DNA of 32,686 nt from positions 1 through 32,686 of the IMG/VR virus record IMGVR_UViG_3300005263_000073; one strand, written 5' to 3'. Source of the stretch: a virus (lineage: Duplodnaviria > Caudoviricetes). Made by a program: the position numbers and the translations under genes. Each line of letters starts with the position of its first letter. The first letter of the stretch is position 1. Under the pieces are notes generated by a model that worked only from the letters and a program-made list of their open reading frames with translations, did not search any database and was not told where the DNA came from. Shown here piece after piece: positions 8,430-17,379 of the stretch.

Positions 8430-8756
8430 TTGATGGACGTCGAGCTGTACAAAGTTGCTGTGGGTGTCTTGGTCGGAATTCTGTCATCGGGACTGGGTAT
8501 AATCAGTTATTTCGTGAAGGACACACGTTCCAAGATTGATAAAAACATCGAAGAAAATGAAAAACAGGTTGAAAAGCTCCGGGATGAATTTGCGGCATTT
8601 AGAGCATTCCTTCCCCGAGAATTTGTAATGAGGGACGATTTTATCCGTTCTCAAGCATCCCTGGATAATAAGGTAGATACCATTAGCAGGGATATCCTGG
8701 ACATAAAAGAAAGCATTGGAAAACTGTTTGGAGGTGAAGGAAACTGTGCTAATTGA
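8430..8756 (+). CDS. membrane-anchored coiled-coil protein (Mu gp25-like position, lysis-associated)
   Basis: N-terminal TM helix; LPREFVMRDDFIR motif; coiled coil. Confidence 0.65.
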   Translation: MMDVELYKVAVGVLVGILSSGLGIISYFVKDTRSKIDKNIEENEKQVEKLRDEFAAFRAFLPREFVMRDDFIRSQASLDNKVDTISRDILDIKESIGKLFGGEGNCAN

Positions 8757-9045
8757 TGCTCGCGAAATCAGAGGCAGAATACTCAAAATCTTAAATGTCG
8801 ATTACAGCAATGGCGCTAACGATCGGACGATCGGACTGACACTCAATGATATCCATTATTCGGTATCTCCCGCCGAAAAAGATGCCCATATACAGTTCCT
8901 TATCGATCTGGGTTATATCCAGGCAGAGGAAATTAAGAACGAAAAAATGGGCCTGTGCATGAAGGTGCTGAAGCTCACACCCAAAGGTAAAAACGTCGTT
9001 GATGGATATGAGCCGGCTGATCCCGGAGTGAAAGTCAAATGGTAG
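8746..9045 (+). CDS. Mu gp26-like winged-helix protein
   Basis: SD GGAGGTG, GTG 8746; RGRILKIL...LTPKGKNVVDG...DPGV pattern; synteny before gp27. Confidence 0.7.
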   Translation: MLIDAREIRGRILKILNVDYSNGANDRTIGLTLNDIHYSVSPAEKDAHIQFLIDLGYIQAEEIKNEKMGLCMKVLKLTPKGKNVVDGYEPADPGVKVKW

Positions 9046-9584
9046 ACAACAGACGAAAGCACCATAAAGTCACCACATTCCCTAGTGAAATCAAGGAAGC
9101 TGTAGACCGGCAGCTGGTTTCCGGTAAGACCTATAAAGAAATTGTTGGTTGGCTTAACCAAATGGGCCATAATATCGGGATGAGTTCAGTCCAAAGATAT
9201 GGGAGCGACTTTCTTACGAAACTGGAAAAACTCAAGCTTATCAAGGACCAGGCTAAAACGATCATCGACAGTAACCCGGAAACGCCGGCCACAGAAATGG
9301 CCGAAGCGGCCAACCAATTAGCGATTCAGCTAATCACTGAAAAACTGATGGAAGTTGAAAACTTGGACGGGGCAAAGATTACTGAAATATTCAAAGCATT
9401 GGCCCTTCTGGAACGCAGCGCGACCTCCAGGGAGAAGCTCAAATTCGAGTTTGATAAAGGTCTCAAGGCAGCCACCAATAAGGTTAAAGAAATGCTCCAA
9501 AAAGAGATCGAGGGCGATCCGGATCTCCTAGCTAGGTTGATCCAGCATGTGGATGCCATCCAAAACCGGACTGCGGAAGGTTGA
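9039..9584 (+). CDS. DUF3486 / Mu gp27-like terminase small subunit
   Basis: RRKHHKVTTFPSEIKEAVD...TYKEIVGWL...SSVQRYG N-terminal HTH signature. Confidence 0.85.
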   Translation: MVDNRRKHHKVTTFPSEIKEAVDRQLVSGKTYKEIVGWLNQMGHNIGMSSVQRYGSDFLTKLEKLKLIKDQAKTIIDSNPETPATEMAEAANQLAIQLITEKLMEVENLDGAKITEIFKALALLERSATSREKLKFEFDKGLKAATNKVKEMLQKEIEGDPDLLARLIQHVDAIQNRTAEG

Positions 9585-9588
9585 TAGT

Positions 9589-10116
9589 ATGGCAAATGAA
9601 AACCTATGGTATGTCCTTCAGGTCCGTACCGGGAAAGAAGCAGATATCAAAGCCAAGATTATAGAAGAGTATGCGGCTATCTCAAAAGACCACTACCGGC
9701 CCATCGCATTGGTTCCGGAAAGAAAGCTGATCGAGCGAAGACAGGGCCGGGAGTTCCGGATCACAAGGACCATGTTTCCGGGATATGTTTTTCTGAATTT
9801 TGTCCTCAATGACTCAACCTATTATCGAATCAAGCAAATACCGAATATCATCCGGTTTCTGGGTACCACTAGGCCAACGCCGGTACCGATCGAGCAGATG
9901 CAGCCAATTCTTAGAATGTGTAGCCTTGGAGAACTAATCGATATCTCGAAGGTCAGCATCGGCAAAACAGTGGAGATCGTCGAAGGCCCGCTGCAGGGAT
10001 ATGTCGGGAATATCGTCAGCATTGATAAACGCAAGAAAAGAGCCAAAGTCAGATTCCAAATCTTAGATGAAACCAAAGAAATTGACTTAGGGATTGAGGT
10101 TGTAGGCAGCAACTAA
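9589..10116 (+). CDS. loaP: NusG paralogue, LoaP-type transcription antiterminator
   Basis: WYVLQVRTGKE and MFPGYVF NGN motifs; KOW VEIVEGPLQGYVG followed by the basic IDKRKKRAKV stretch typical of LoaP. Confidence 0.8.
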   Translation: MANENLWYVLQVRTGKEADIKAKIIEEYAAISKDHYRPIALVPERKLIERRQGREFRITRTMFPGYVFLNFVLNDSTYYRIKQIPNIIRFLGTTRPTPVPIEQMQPILRMCSLGELIDISKVSIGKTVEIVEGPLQGYVGNIVSIDKRKKRAKVRFQILDETKEIDLGIEVVGSN

Positions 10117-10254
10117 CCCCCTATTCTACATTCAGCAGAGTAATATTGCAGACTGTTGCGGCGTCGTAATAGAGCTTTGCGATTATTGTTTTAAGAGCAT
10201 ACCGGCACTTTAAGGTGACGGATGGCGAAGCTATGCCAAATTGGGGGTGTGGTC
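10117..10254 (+). promoter_or_regulatory. structured cis element / leader RNA between loaP and terL
   Basis: Several stems found by eye, including a GCATA/TATGC-closed junction containing GCGAAGC; CCCCC/GGGGG could close the whole element. Confidence 0.5.
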
Positions 10255-11982
10255 TTGGGCTTACTTAACGATCTTATTAAACAGAATAAAACCGAAAACG
10301 AAAAATCTCATGAGGATATTCTTGAGCTTAAACGGCTTATTGGTGAATATATCAACAAAGATGATTCTCCTGAAAGAGTAAAGATCAGGCAGGAATTCTT
10401 AGATGGGAAATCTTTATCAGGGGAAACCGGGATCCGCAGGAAGCTTGGTGCCATCGATCTTGAATTCTTTGGCCGGGCATACTTCCCCCACTACTTCTTC
10501 CGTCCAAGTCCCACCTTTCATCGGGAACTGGATCAGATTTGGCATAACGGAGTTTTAAAGGCGTCATTTCCTACTTCCAGAGAAGAGTCTCAGACCATCA
10601 GCAGGATGAAGGGTTCTAAGTCAGCTTTGGCCGCCCCGCGTGGTCATGCCAAGTCGACAAATGTAACCTTTAAAGATACCATCCATGCCGTGGCTTACGA
10701 ATACAAGCATTATATCCTGCTTCTCTCCGATAGCTCCGATCAGGCGGAGGGCTTCTTAAGCAATATCCGGGAAGAGTTTGAAGAAAACGAAGCCATCCAA
10801 GAAGACTTTGGCGATCTGTCCGGTAAGATCTGGCGTAATAATGTCCTGCTGACCGTGACCAACATCAAGATCGAGGCGATCGGCTCCGGTAAGAAGGTCC
10901 GTGGACGGAAACATAAAAACTGGCGTCCGGATCTCATTATCCTGGACGATATTGAAAACGATGAAAACGTCCGTACCCCTGAGCAGCGCAAGAAACTGGA
11001 AAACTGGTTTTACAAGGCTGTGTCCAAAGCCGGGGATGATTATACGGACATTGTTTATATCGGCACCGTCCTTCACTATGACGCTCTGCTGATGAAGATA
11101 CTCCGCAACCCGGGTTATATGACCATTAAATACCAGGCGGTTATTTCCTTTGCTGTCAATAAAGGCCTTTGGGACCAGTGGGAACGGATCTATACCGATC
11201 TGGCTAATGAGCAGAGGGCAGCCGATGCGCAAGCCTTTTTTGAAGTGCATAAGGAAGACATGCTGGAAGGCACCAAAGTTCTCTGGGAAGAGAAACTTTC
11301 CTACTATGACCTGATGGTCTCCAAAGTGGACGAAGGTGAAGCAAGCTTTTATTCTGAGTTTCAGAATGAGCCGATCAATCCGGACGACTGCCTATTTAAT
11401 GAAGAATGGTTCGATTTCTATAACCCTTATACGATTGACTTCAAAGTTGGCTTTACCTTCTTTGGCTTCGTGGATCCGTCGCTGGGCAAGAGTAAAAAGT
11501 CAGACTACAGCACGATCATTACCTTAGCCAGAGAGGATAGCACTGGGTACCTTTACGACCTTGACGCCGACATCGAGCGCCGGCATCCGGATAAAATCAT
11601 CCTGGATGTTCTGGAAAAAGAACGCTGGCTGCGGATAACCTACGGTAAAGGATACAAGAAGTTCGGCTGCGAAACCAACCAGTTCCAATTTTTCTTAAAA
11701 GAGCAGCTGGCAAAAGCCAGTGCCAAAGCTGGATTATACCTGCCGATCGAAGAAGTCAACCAGACAACGAACAAAGAGCTGCGCATCGAGAGTCTGCAGC
11801 CGGATATTAAGAATAAGTACATTAAATTCAACCCGGCTCACAAAACCCTGCTTGAACAGCTCAAATTCTTCCCGATGGCGGCTCATGACGACGGTCCCGA
11901 TGCACTGGAAGCTTGCCGGACATTAGCCGGTGGAAACAAGCGCAAACTGAGGACGTTAAGCAAACGCCTGTTGGGATTGTAA
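10255..11982 (+). CDS. terL: phage terminase large subunit
   Basis: Walker A APRGHAKS, Walker B LIILDDIE, nuclease VDPSLG and HDDGPDA; likely TTG start 10255 after SD GGGGGTG. Confidence 0.93.
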   Translation: MGLLNDLIKQNKTENEKSHEDILELKRLIGEYINKDDSPERVKIRQEFLDGKSLSGETGIRRKLGAIDLEFFGRAYFPHYFFRPSPTFHRELDQIWHNGVLKASFPTSREESQTISRMKGSKSALAAPRGHAKSTNVTFKDTIHAVAYEYKHYILLLSDSSDQAEGFLSNIREEFEENEAIQEDFGDLSGKIWRNNVLLTVTNIKIEAIGSGKKVRGRKHKNWRPDLIILDDIENDENVRTPEQRKKLENWFYKAVSKAGDDYTDIVYIGTVLHYDALLMKILRNPGYMTIKYQAVISFAVNKGLWDQWERIYTDLANEQRAADAQAFFEVHKEDMLEGTKVLWEEKLSYYDLMVSKVDEGEASFYSEFQNEPINPDDCLFNEEWFDFYNPYTIDFKVGFTFFGFVDPSLGKSKKSDYSTIITLAREDSTGYLYDLDADIERRHPDKIILDVLEKERWLRITYGKGYKKFGCETNQFQFFLKEQLAKASAKAGLYLPIEEVNQTTNKELRIESLQPDIKNKYIKFNPAHKTLLEQLKFFPMAAHDDGPDALEACRTLAGGNKRKLRTLSKRLLGL

Positions 11983-11997
11983 CCAGCCCCATATTTG

Positions 11998-12087
11998 CCC
12001 TGTAAGCTTTTGAAAATACAGGGGGTAACTTACCTATGTTTAAAAATTGGTAACGCAAAATAACGCGGATTAACGCTAAATTAACGC
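11998..12087 (+). repeat. hairpin, dyad and 4x TAACGC direct repeats upstream of portal
   Basis: CCCTGTA/TACAGGG (11998-12023), GGTAA-C-TTACC (12024-12034), TAACGC at 12051, 12061, 12071, 12082. Confidence 0.8.
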
Positions 12088-12114
12088 AGGTTGATAAGGA
12101 GGGTAATCCTCATT

Positions 12115-13497
12115 ATGGATAATATTGAAAATTTCCCACTAAAACCGCCACGGATTTTTCTGTCTAAAGATACGATCATGACCCCGGCGCTTCTGGATCA
12201 GCTGATTCAAAAGCATAAACTGTTTGCTCTTCCCAGATACAGACTGCTGCAGGAATACTACGAGAAAGAGACAAAAATCACCAAGCGGAAAATAGCTGAT
12301 CCGGAAAAGCCGAACAATAAATTGGTCAATGACCATGCCGGATATATTATCGATGTGGCCAGCGGCTATTTTATGGGGAAATCGGTAGATTATAACTCCG
12401 ATGATGAAGGCTTGATTCAGGAGCTGGACAACATATTTAAAGCTTGCGATGAAGGCAGCAACAACTATGAAATAGCTAAACAGGCTGGAATCAAAGGTCA
12501 CTCCTACGAATTGCTGTATATCGATGAAAATGCCCGTCCGCATTTGAAATGGCAGGATCCAAAAGAAACCATTGTCGTATATGACGACAGCATTGAGCAT
12601 GCTATTTTATTCGGGATCCGGTACTACTTGACGGATAACCTTTTGACAAACACACAAAAAGAACATGCTGAAGTTTATGACGCCAAAAAAATCCACGCCT
12701 ACAGCAAAGAAAATGACGTCTGGGTTTTGACTGGTGAAAAAGAACACTACTTTGCTGGTGTTCCGATCATTGAGTATCTGAACAACGAAGAGCGTCTGGG
12801 GGATTTTGAAGGTGTCCGTACCTTAATTGACGCCTATGACAAAAGCGAATCTGATACCGCCAATGATACAGAATACTTTACAGATGCTTATTTGGTGCTG
12901 GCTGGTTATGGAGATACGGACAAAGAAGACATAAAGGAAATGAAAGAAAACAGGGTGCTTCTGGTGGATAAAGAAGGATCCGCGCAGTGGCTGATTAAAG
13001 AGATCAACGATGCATCGCTGGAAAATACCAAAGACAGGCTGCAAAAAGATATCCACCGGTTTTCAAAAGTTCCGAACCTCACGGATGAGGCTTTTGCTGG
13101 GAATCTTTCTGGCGTGGCCCTGGGATTCAAACTTTGGGGCTTGGAGCAACTGGCTACCATCAAGGAACAAAAATTCAGGCAGGCTATCCGGCAGCGGATC
13201 CGGCTCATCGTTAGCTTCTTAAACCTTAAAAAAGGCACCAGCTATGATCCGGAAAAAGTCAGAATGAAGTTTTACCGGAACATTCCTAAAAACGTCCTGG
13301 AGGCCACCGAGATTGTATCCAAAGTCAGCGGTATCATCAGCCGGGAGACCCAGCTTGAGAACCTGCCGATCGTTGAGGATGTCAAGGATGAGCTGAAACG
13401 CATCAAGAAGGAACAGCAGGAACAACTGGACGGACTGGGCTTTGATACTTCAACTCAAACTGACCAATCAGAAAATTCGTCGGCAGGTGAATCCTAA
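12115..13497 (+). CDS. phage portal protein, SPP1 gp6-like
   Basis: KPNNKLVND, VPIIEYLNNEERLGDFE...LIDAYD, FAGNLSGVAL motifs; SD AAGGAGG. Confidence 0.93.
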   Translation: MDNIENFPLKPPRIFLSKDTIMTPALLDQLIQKHKLFALPRYRLLQEYYEKETKITKRKIADPEKPNNKLVNDHAGYIIDVASGYFMGKSVDYNSDDEGLIQELDNIFKACDEGSNNYEIAKQAGIKGHSYELLYIDENARPHLKWQDPKETIVVYDDSIEHAILFGIRYYLTDNLLTNTQKEHAEVYDAKKIHAYSKENDVWVLTGEKEHYFAGVPIIEYLNNEERLGDFEGVRTLIDAYDKSESDTANDTEYFTDAYLVLAGYGDTDKEDIKEMKENRVLLVDKEGSAQWLIKEINDASLENTKDRLQKDIHRFSKVPNLTDEAFAGNLSGVALGFKLWGLEQLATIKEQKFRQAIRQRIRLIVSFLNLKKGTSYDPEKVRMKFYRNIPKNVLEATEIVSKVSGIISRETQLENLPIVEDVKDELKRIKKEQQEQLDGLGFDTSTQTDQSENSSAGES

Positions 13498-15059
13498 TGG
13501 ATATGAAGGATCAGTCCCGTGATCGGGCCGAAGAGTATTTCCTGAAGTCTGAAAAGGACCTGGAGAAGATCAAACGTCTTTACCAGTTATCCCTTGCAGA
13601 TATCGAAAAAGAACTTTCTAAATTCTATGCCCGGTACGCTGTGGAAAATCAGATCAGCCTGGCTGAAGCCCAGAAAGTACTCAATACCAAAGAGTTAAGC
13701 GAATTTCGTCTGAGTTTTGAAGAATACCTGGCTATGGCTCAAATCAATACAGACGGCAGATACGCTAAGGAGCTGGCGAATCTCAGCAAGAAAGTGCAAA
13801 TCACCCGGCTGCAGTCCCTCCAAGCTCAGATTCAAATGCAGCTTGACGGGATGTATGAAAAGTATCAGGAAGAAACAGCCGATATTTTGGGAAGTACCTA
13901 TGAGGCGAACTATTACCGATCGATCTATGAAATCAACTCCAAGCTTGGCATAGGTGTGGACTTTGCTTTATTGAATCCGGAGCTGGTGGAAAAAGCGATC
14001 AACTTCCCTTGGTCCGGAATGAGTTTTTCCGAAAGGATCTGGGGGCAGAAAGACCGGCTAGTAAGTAATATGCAAAATGTCATTTCCCAGGGGTTGATTC
14101 AGGGGAAGTCGATCCAGAAGATGACGGCGGACATCTCAAGGAGGATGGAAGTCGGTTACGCCGACGCACACCGCCTGATCATGACTGAGACCAGCCGTGT
14201 AATCAATCAGGGTACCCTTGATGGATACAGAAAAAGTCTGGTTGTAGAAATGTATGAGTACCTAGCGGAATTGGATGTGCATACGTCGGATATCTGCCGG
14301 GGGCTTGACGGTCAGAAGTTTAAAATATCTGACGCTGAGATCGGGAGTAATTATCCCCCCACTCATCCAAACTGCCGCAGCACAACTGTTGCTTATTTCG
14401 GGGATGATTCAGCGGCCAGGGTCGCCAGGGACTTCACGGGTCAAACCTATAACGTGCCGGCGGGTATGAAATACCAGGAATGGTACGATACCCACGTTAA
14501 AGATCAGGTTTCAGCCTGGCTACGAGAGCAGGATCCCAAAGCCCAGGAAAAGTTCTTAAAGGGTAAGCAAAAGCGGATTCTCTTCCAGGCGGGGATCCTT
14601 GAGGAAAAAGATTTCCACAGATCCTTACAGGAACTGCAAAATAATGGTATACTAACCATAACGGACGGCACTGTGAAACACGCTTCCAAAGGCGTTTTTA
14701 CTGAAGTTGGACATCGCCTTAAGGAAGGCGGCCATGGACAAGACAGTCTGGACTACATGAAAAAGCATAATATCCAGTATAATCTTACAAAGACCTTTTC
14801 AAATGGGGTCCGGATCGGCAATGTTCCTGGTCATAAAAACAAGTTTAAAACAAAAGGTGACGGCCAATCATGGTTTCCAGAAGACTGGCCCGAGGATAAA
14901 ATCCAGATAGCCGGTACGTACGTTGCCAACCAGCGAAAGCCTGGGGAACGTAAAGTATATGCAAATTATGAAAATGTGAGGATTGGTGTTATCTTTGATG
15001 AGAATGACAAAGTAACAACAATCTTCCCGGACTTCAGTCAGGATGATATTAAGAAATGA
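13497..15059 (+). CDS. minor capsid protein (SPP1 gp7/MuF) with C-terminal EndoU nuclease toxin domain
   Basis: MuF motifs FSERIWG, RLIMTET, YPPTHPNCRST; C-terminal H..G...GGHG...SWFPEDW...TIFP bacterial EndoU signature. Confidence 0.88.
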   Translation: MDMKDQSRDRAEEYFLKSEKDLEKIKRLYQLSLADIEKELSKFYARYAVENQISLAEAQKVLNTKELSEFRLSFEEYLAMAQINTDGRYAKELANLSKKVQITRLQSLQAQIQMQLDGMYEKYQEETADILGSTYEANYYRSIYEINSKLGIGVDFALLNPELVEKAINFPWSGMSFSERIWGQKDRLVSNMQNVISQGLIQGKSIQKMTADISRRMEVGYADAHRLIMTETSRVINQGTLDGYRKSLVVEMYEYLAELDVHTSDICRGLDGQKFKISDAEIGSNYPPTHPNCRSTTVAYFGDDSAARVARDFTGQTYNVPAGMKYQEWYDTHVKDQVSAWLREQDPKAQEKFLKGKQKRILFQAGILEEKDFHRSLQELQNNGILTITDGTVKHASKGVFTEVGHRLKEGGHGQDSLDYMKKHNIQYNLTKTFSNGVRIGNVPGHKNKFKTKGDGQSWFPEDWPEDKIQIAGTYVANQRKPGERKVYANYENVRIGVIFDENDKVTTIFPDFSQDDIKK

Positions 15060-15069
15060 GGTGAGGATC

Positions 15070-15375
15070 ATGGTGGATAGTGAAAAACTTAAAAGACTTA
15101 TTCGGGAGTTCAGAAAGCTGGATATTAACGATCCCGCCGCCTCTGAATACTGGGAAGCTTTCATTGAGGAATTGGGATCAGAACATGAAACTATCGAATT
15201 TTTATCCGGGGCAAGTAGTGAAGACTTGTTTATATTAAGCTCGGTATTTGATGATCTGTCTTTAAAATTCCAAAGCCCAGAATTTATCAAATTTCTCAAA
15301 AGCCTGGCTGAGGATCACCCTGCAGCGGAAATGGATGTCGATATTCAATTCGCGGAGCAGACTCTTAACGGCTAA
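15070..15375 (+). CDS. putative immunity protein for the MuF-EndoU toxin
   Basis: Small acidic helical 101 aa ORF directly after the toxin domain with SD GAGGTGA; not a structural gene family. Confidence 0.7.
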   Translation: MVDSEKLKRLIREFRKLDINDPAASEYWEAFIEELGSEHETIEFLSGASSEDLFILSSVFDDLSLKFQSPEFIKFLKSLAEDHPAAEMDVDIQFAEQTLNG

Positions 15376-15412
15376 GATAAGACTATTGCTGAATCCAATA
15401 AAATAACGTTAT

Positions 15413-15444
15413 ATTATTAAAGCCCTTCGAGGGCTTTTAATAAT
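15413..15444 (+). terminator. intrinsic (probably bidirectional) terminator inside the head operon
   Basis: ATTATTAAAGCCCT-TCG-AGGGCTTTTAATAAT. Confidence 0.7.
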
Positions 15445-15520
15445 GCCCTTTTAAGTTTAAAGGACTGACGCTCTATGCGAAGGTCTTTTTATATTTCCCA
15501 AAAAAGAAAGGAGAATTCCC

Positions 15521-16126
15521 ATGAGTGAGACTCAAACTACCACCCAAGTACCAGGAGCAGCCAATCCGGAGGGAGCAGCAGCTCAAACCTCCGCAAATCC
15601 TAACCCTGGTACTGGCCAGCAGACAGATAAAACCTATACCGCTGAGGAGCTGGCACAACAAGTTCAGGACCAAGTCCAAAAAACCCTTGCTACAGAAAGA
15701 GAAAAATGGGAAAAGGATTCTGAAACCAGAATCTCCACAGCAGTTGCTACGGCCAAAGACGAAGCTGCCAAAATGGCAAAAATGACGGATGATGAAAAAG
15801 CCAAAGCCGAGTTTGAAAAACAGAAAGCGGATATTGATGCTAAAGCCCAGGCTCTGGCGATCAAAGAAATTCGTATGGATGCTGCTTCCGTGCTTACTGA
15901 GAAGAAGCTTCCTGTTGAGGCGCTTGATTTTGTAGTCGGAAACGACGCAAAAACCACCACGGAAAACATCGATAAGTTTGCCAAGGTCTTCAGTGATGCG
16001 GTCCAAAAGGCCGTGGAAGACCGCTTGAAAGGCACGACTCCCAGTGGTGGATCCGGCGGCGGAGCAGACACGTCAAAAATGACCGACGATGAGTACTACA
16101 AATGGCAGGCTTCCCAGAAGAAGTAA
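15521..16126 (+). CDS. capsid scaffolding protein (DUF4355)
   Basis: KTYTAEEL, AKMTDDEKA, VQKAVEDRLKGTTP motifs; immediately before the major capsid gene. Confidence 0.88.
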   Translation: MSETQTTTQVPGAANPEGAAAQTSANPNPGTGQQTDKTYTAEELAQQVQDQVQKTLATEREKWEKDSETRISTAVATAKDEAAKMAKMTDDEKAKAEFEKQKADIDAKAQALAIKEIRMDAASVLTEKKLPVEALDFVVGNDAKTTTENIDKFAKVFSDAVQKAVEDRLKGTTPSGGSGGGADTSKMTDDEYYKWQASQKK

Positions 16127-16176
16127 TGAAAACTGCCTAAAAAAACATGGAAATTAGAAAGTGAGGAAAAAACACT

Positions 16177-17313
16177 ATGCCAAATGAATATGTTACCATG
16201 CAAAACATCGCCCGTGAGGGGCTGCCGATCCTGGCAAACAACCTGGTATTCCCTAATTTGGTTTACCAGGATTATTCCGCAGACTTTGTCGGCAAAGGAG
16301 ATACCATCCAGATTGAAAAGCCGCCAATCTATGAAGCAGATGAATTTGATGAAGTTGCCGGAATTCAGATTCAAGCCACTTCTTTTGGCAAGGTACCGGT
16401 TACCATGGATAAAGTCGCAGACGTCTCTGTAGAAATTTCATCCAAGGATCTGGCTTTGAGCCAGCCGGAATTCAACCGCAAGGTTACAGAGCCGGCCATG
16501 GTCGCTCTGGCTGAGAAAATCAACAAGGACGGTCTGGAGGTGTATAAGGATATTCCTTACTACAGCGGAGCAGCCGGAACCACACCAAGCGCAGTGATTG
16601 ACTTTACGGAGTCCAGAAGAAACCTTACCTTGCGCAAAGCTCCGGATCTTCTCCGCCGGGCCGTATGGGATCCGTACGCTGAAGCTAAGTTTTTAGAGTT
16701 GGAAGCCTTTATAAACGCCAGTAAATCCGGTACGACAGAAACACTGCGTAATGGAGCGATTGGCCGGGCTTTTGGTTTTGAAAACTTCCAATCTCAAGCA
16801 GTCCGGACGCATGCTGCAGGCGGGTATACGGCACTGGCGGATGTTTCTGTTACTGCCGGAGCCGCCGGAGCGACAACGATCACTCTGACAAGCGCTGCAG
16901 GTGTCAACATAACCAAACTTCTCAAAGGGGATCTCTTGAAGGTGGACGGTCATACTTATGTCGTCACCGAAGATACGGCCAACGCGGTTGCCGGAGCGAT
17001 AGCCGCCGTTAAGGTCTACCCGGCGCTTCATAAAGCATTTGGTGATATGGCTTCAGCTGCGGTTACCTTCCCGGATGTCGCGGCCAGAGCGCATGTGGCC
17101 AACTTGCTTTTCCATCAGAAAGCATTCGCCTTTGTTACCAGGGCAATGCCTATTCCAGCAGGGATGGAAGCTTATGTTACCAGTTATAATGGAATCACCC
17201 TGCGGGTAGTCCAAGGATATGACATCAAATCTAAAAAGTTCCTCATGTCCTTTGACGTACTGTACGCCTACAAAACGATCTATCCGGAACTGGCTGAAAT
17301 CCGTCTGGGATAA
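16177..17313 (+). CDS. major capsid protein (P22 coat protein family)
   Basis: NNLVFPNLVYQDYS..F..KGDTIQI, PAMVALAEKI, NLLFHQKAFAFVTR, SFDVLYAYKTIYPELA. Confidence 0.9.
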   Translation: MPNEYVTMQNIAREGLPILANNLVFPNLVYQDYSADFVGKGDTIQIEKPPIYEADEFDEVAGIQIQATSFGKVPVTMDKVADVSVEISSKDLALSQPEFNRKVTEPAMVALAEKINKDGLEVYKDIPYYSGAAGTTPSAVIDFTESRRNLTLRKAPDLLRRAVWDPYAEAKFLELEAFINASKSGTTETLRNGAIGRAFGFENFQSQAVRTHAAGGYTALADVSVTAGAAGATTITLTSAAGVNITKLLKGDLLKVDGHTYVVTEDTANAVAGAIAAVKVYPALHKAFGDMASAAVTFPDVAARAHVANLLFHQKAFAFVTRAMPIPAGMEAYVTSYNGITLRVVQGYDIKSKKFLMSFDVLYAYKTIYPELAEIRLG

Positions 17314-17379
17314 AAGCCTTTATAAAATATTTCGGGGCTAGGGGTCTTCCCTGCCCCTCCATTGAGGAGGAAAAAGCAA

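Noticed and set aside
12051-12087. Short direct repeats as a CRISPR array
   Set aside because: 6-bp units with 4-5 bp gaps, no spacers of CRISPR length and no cas genes
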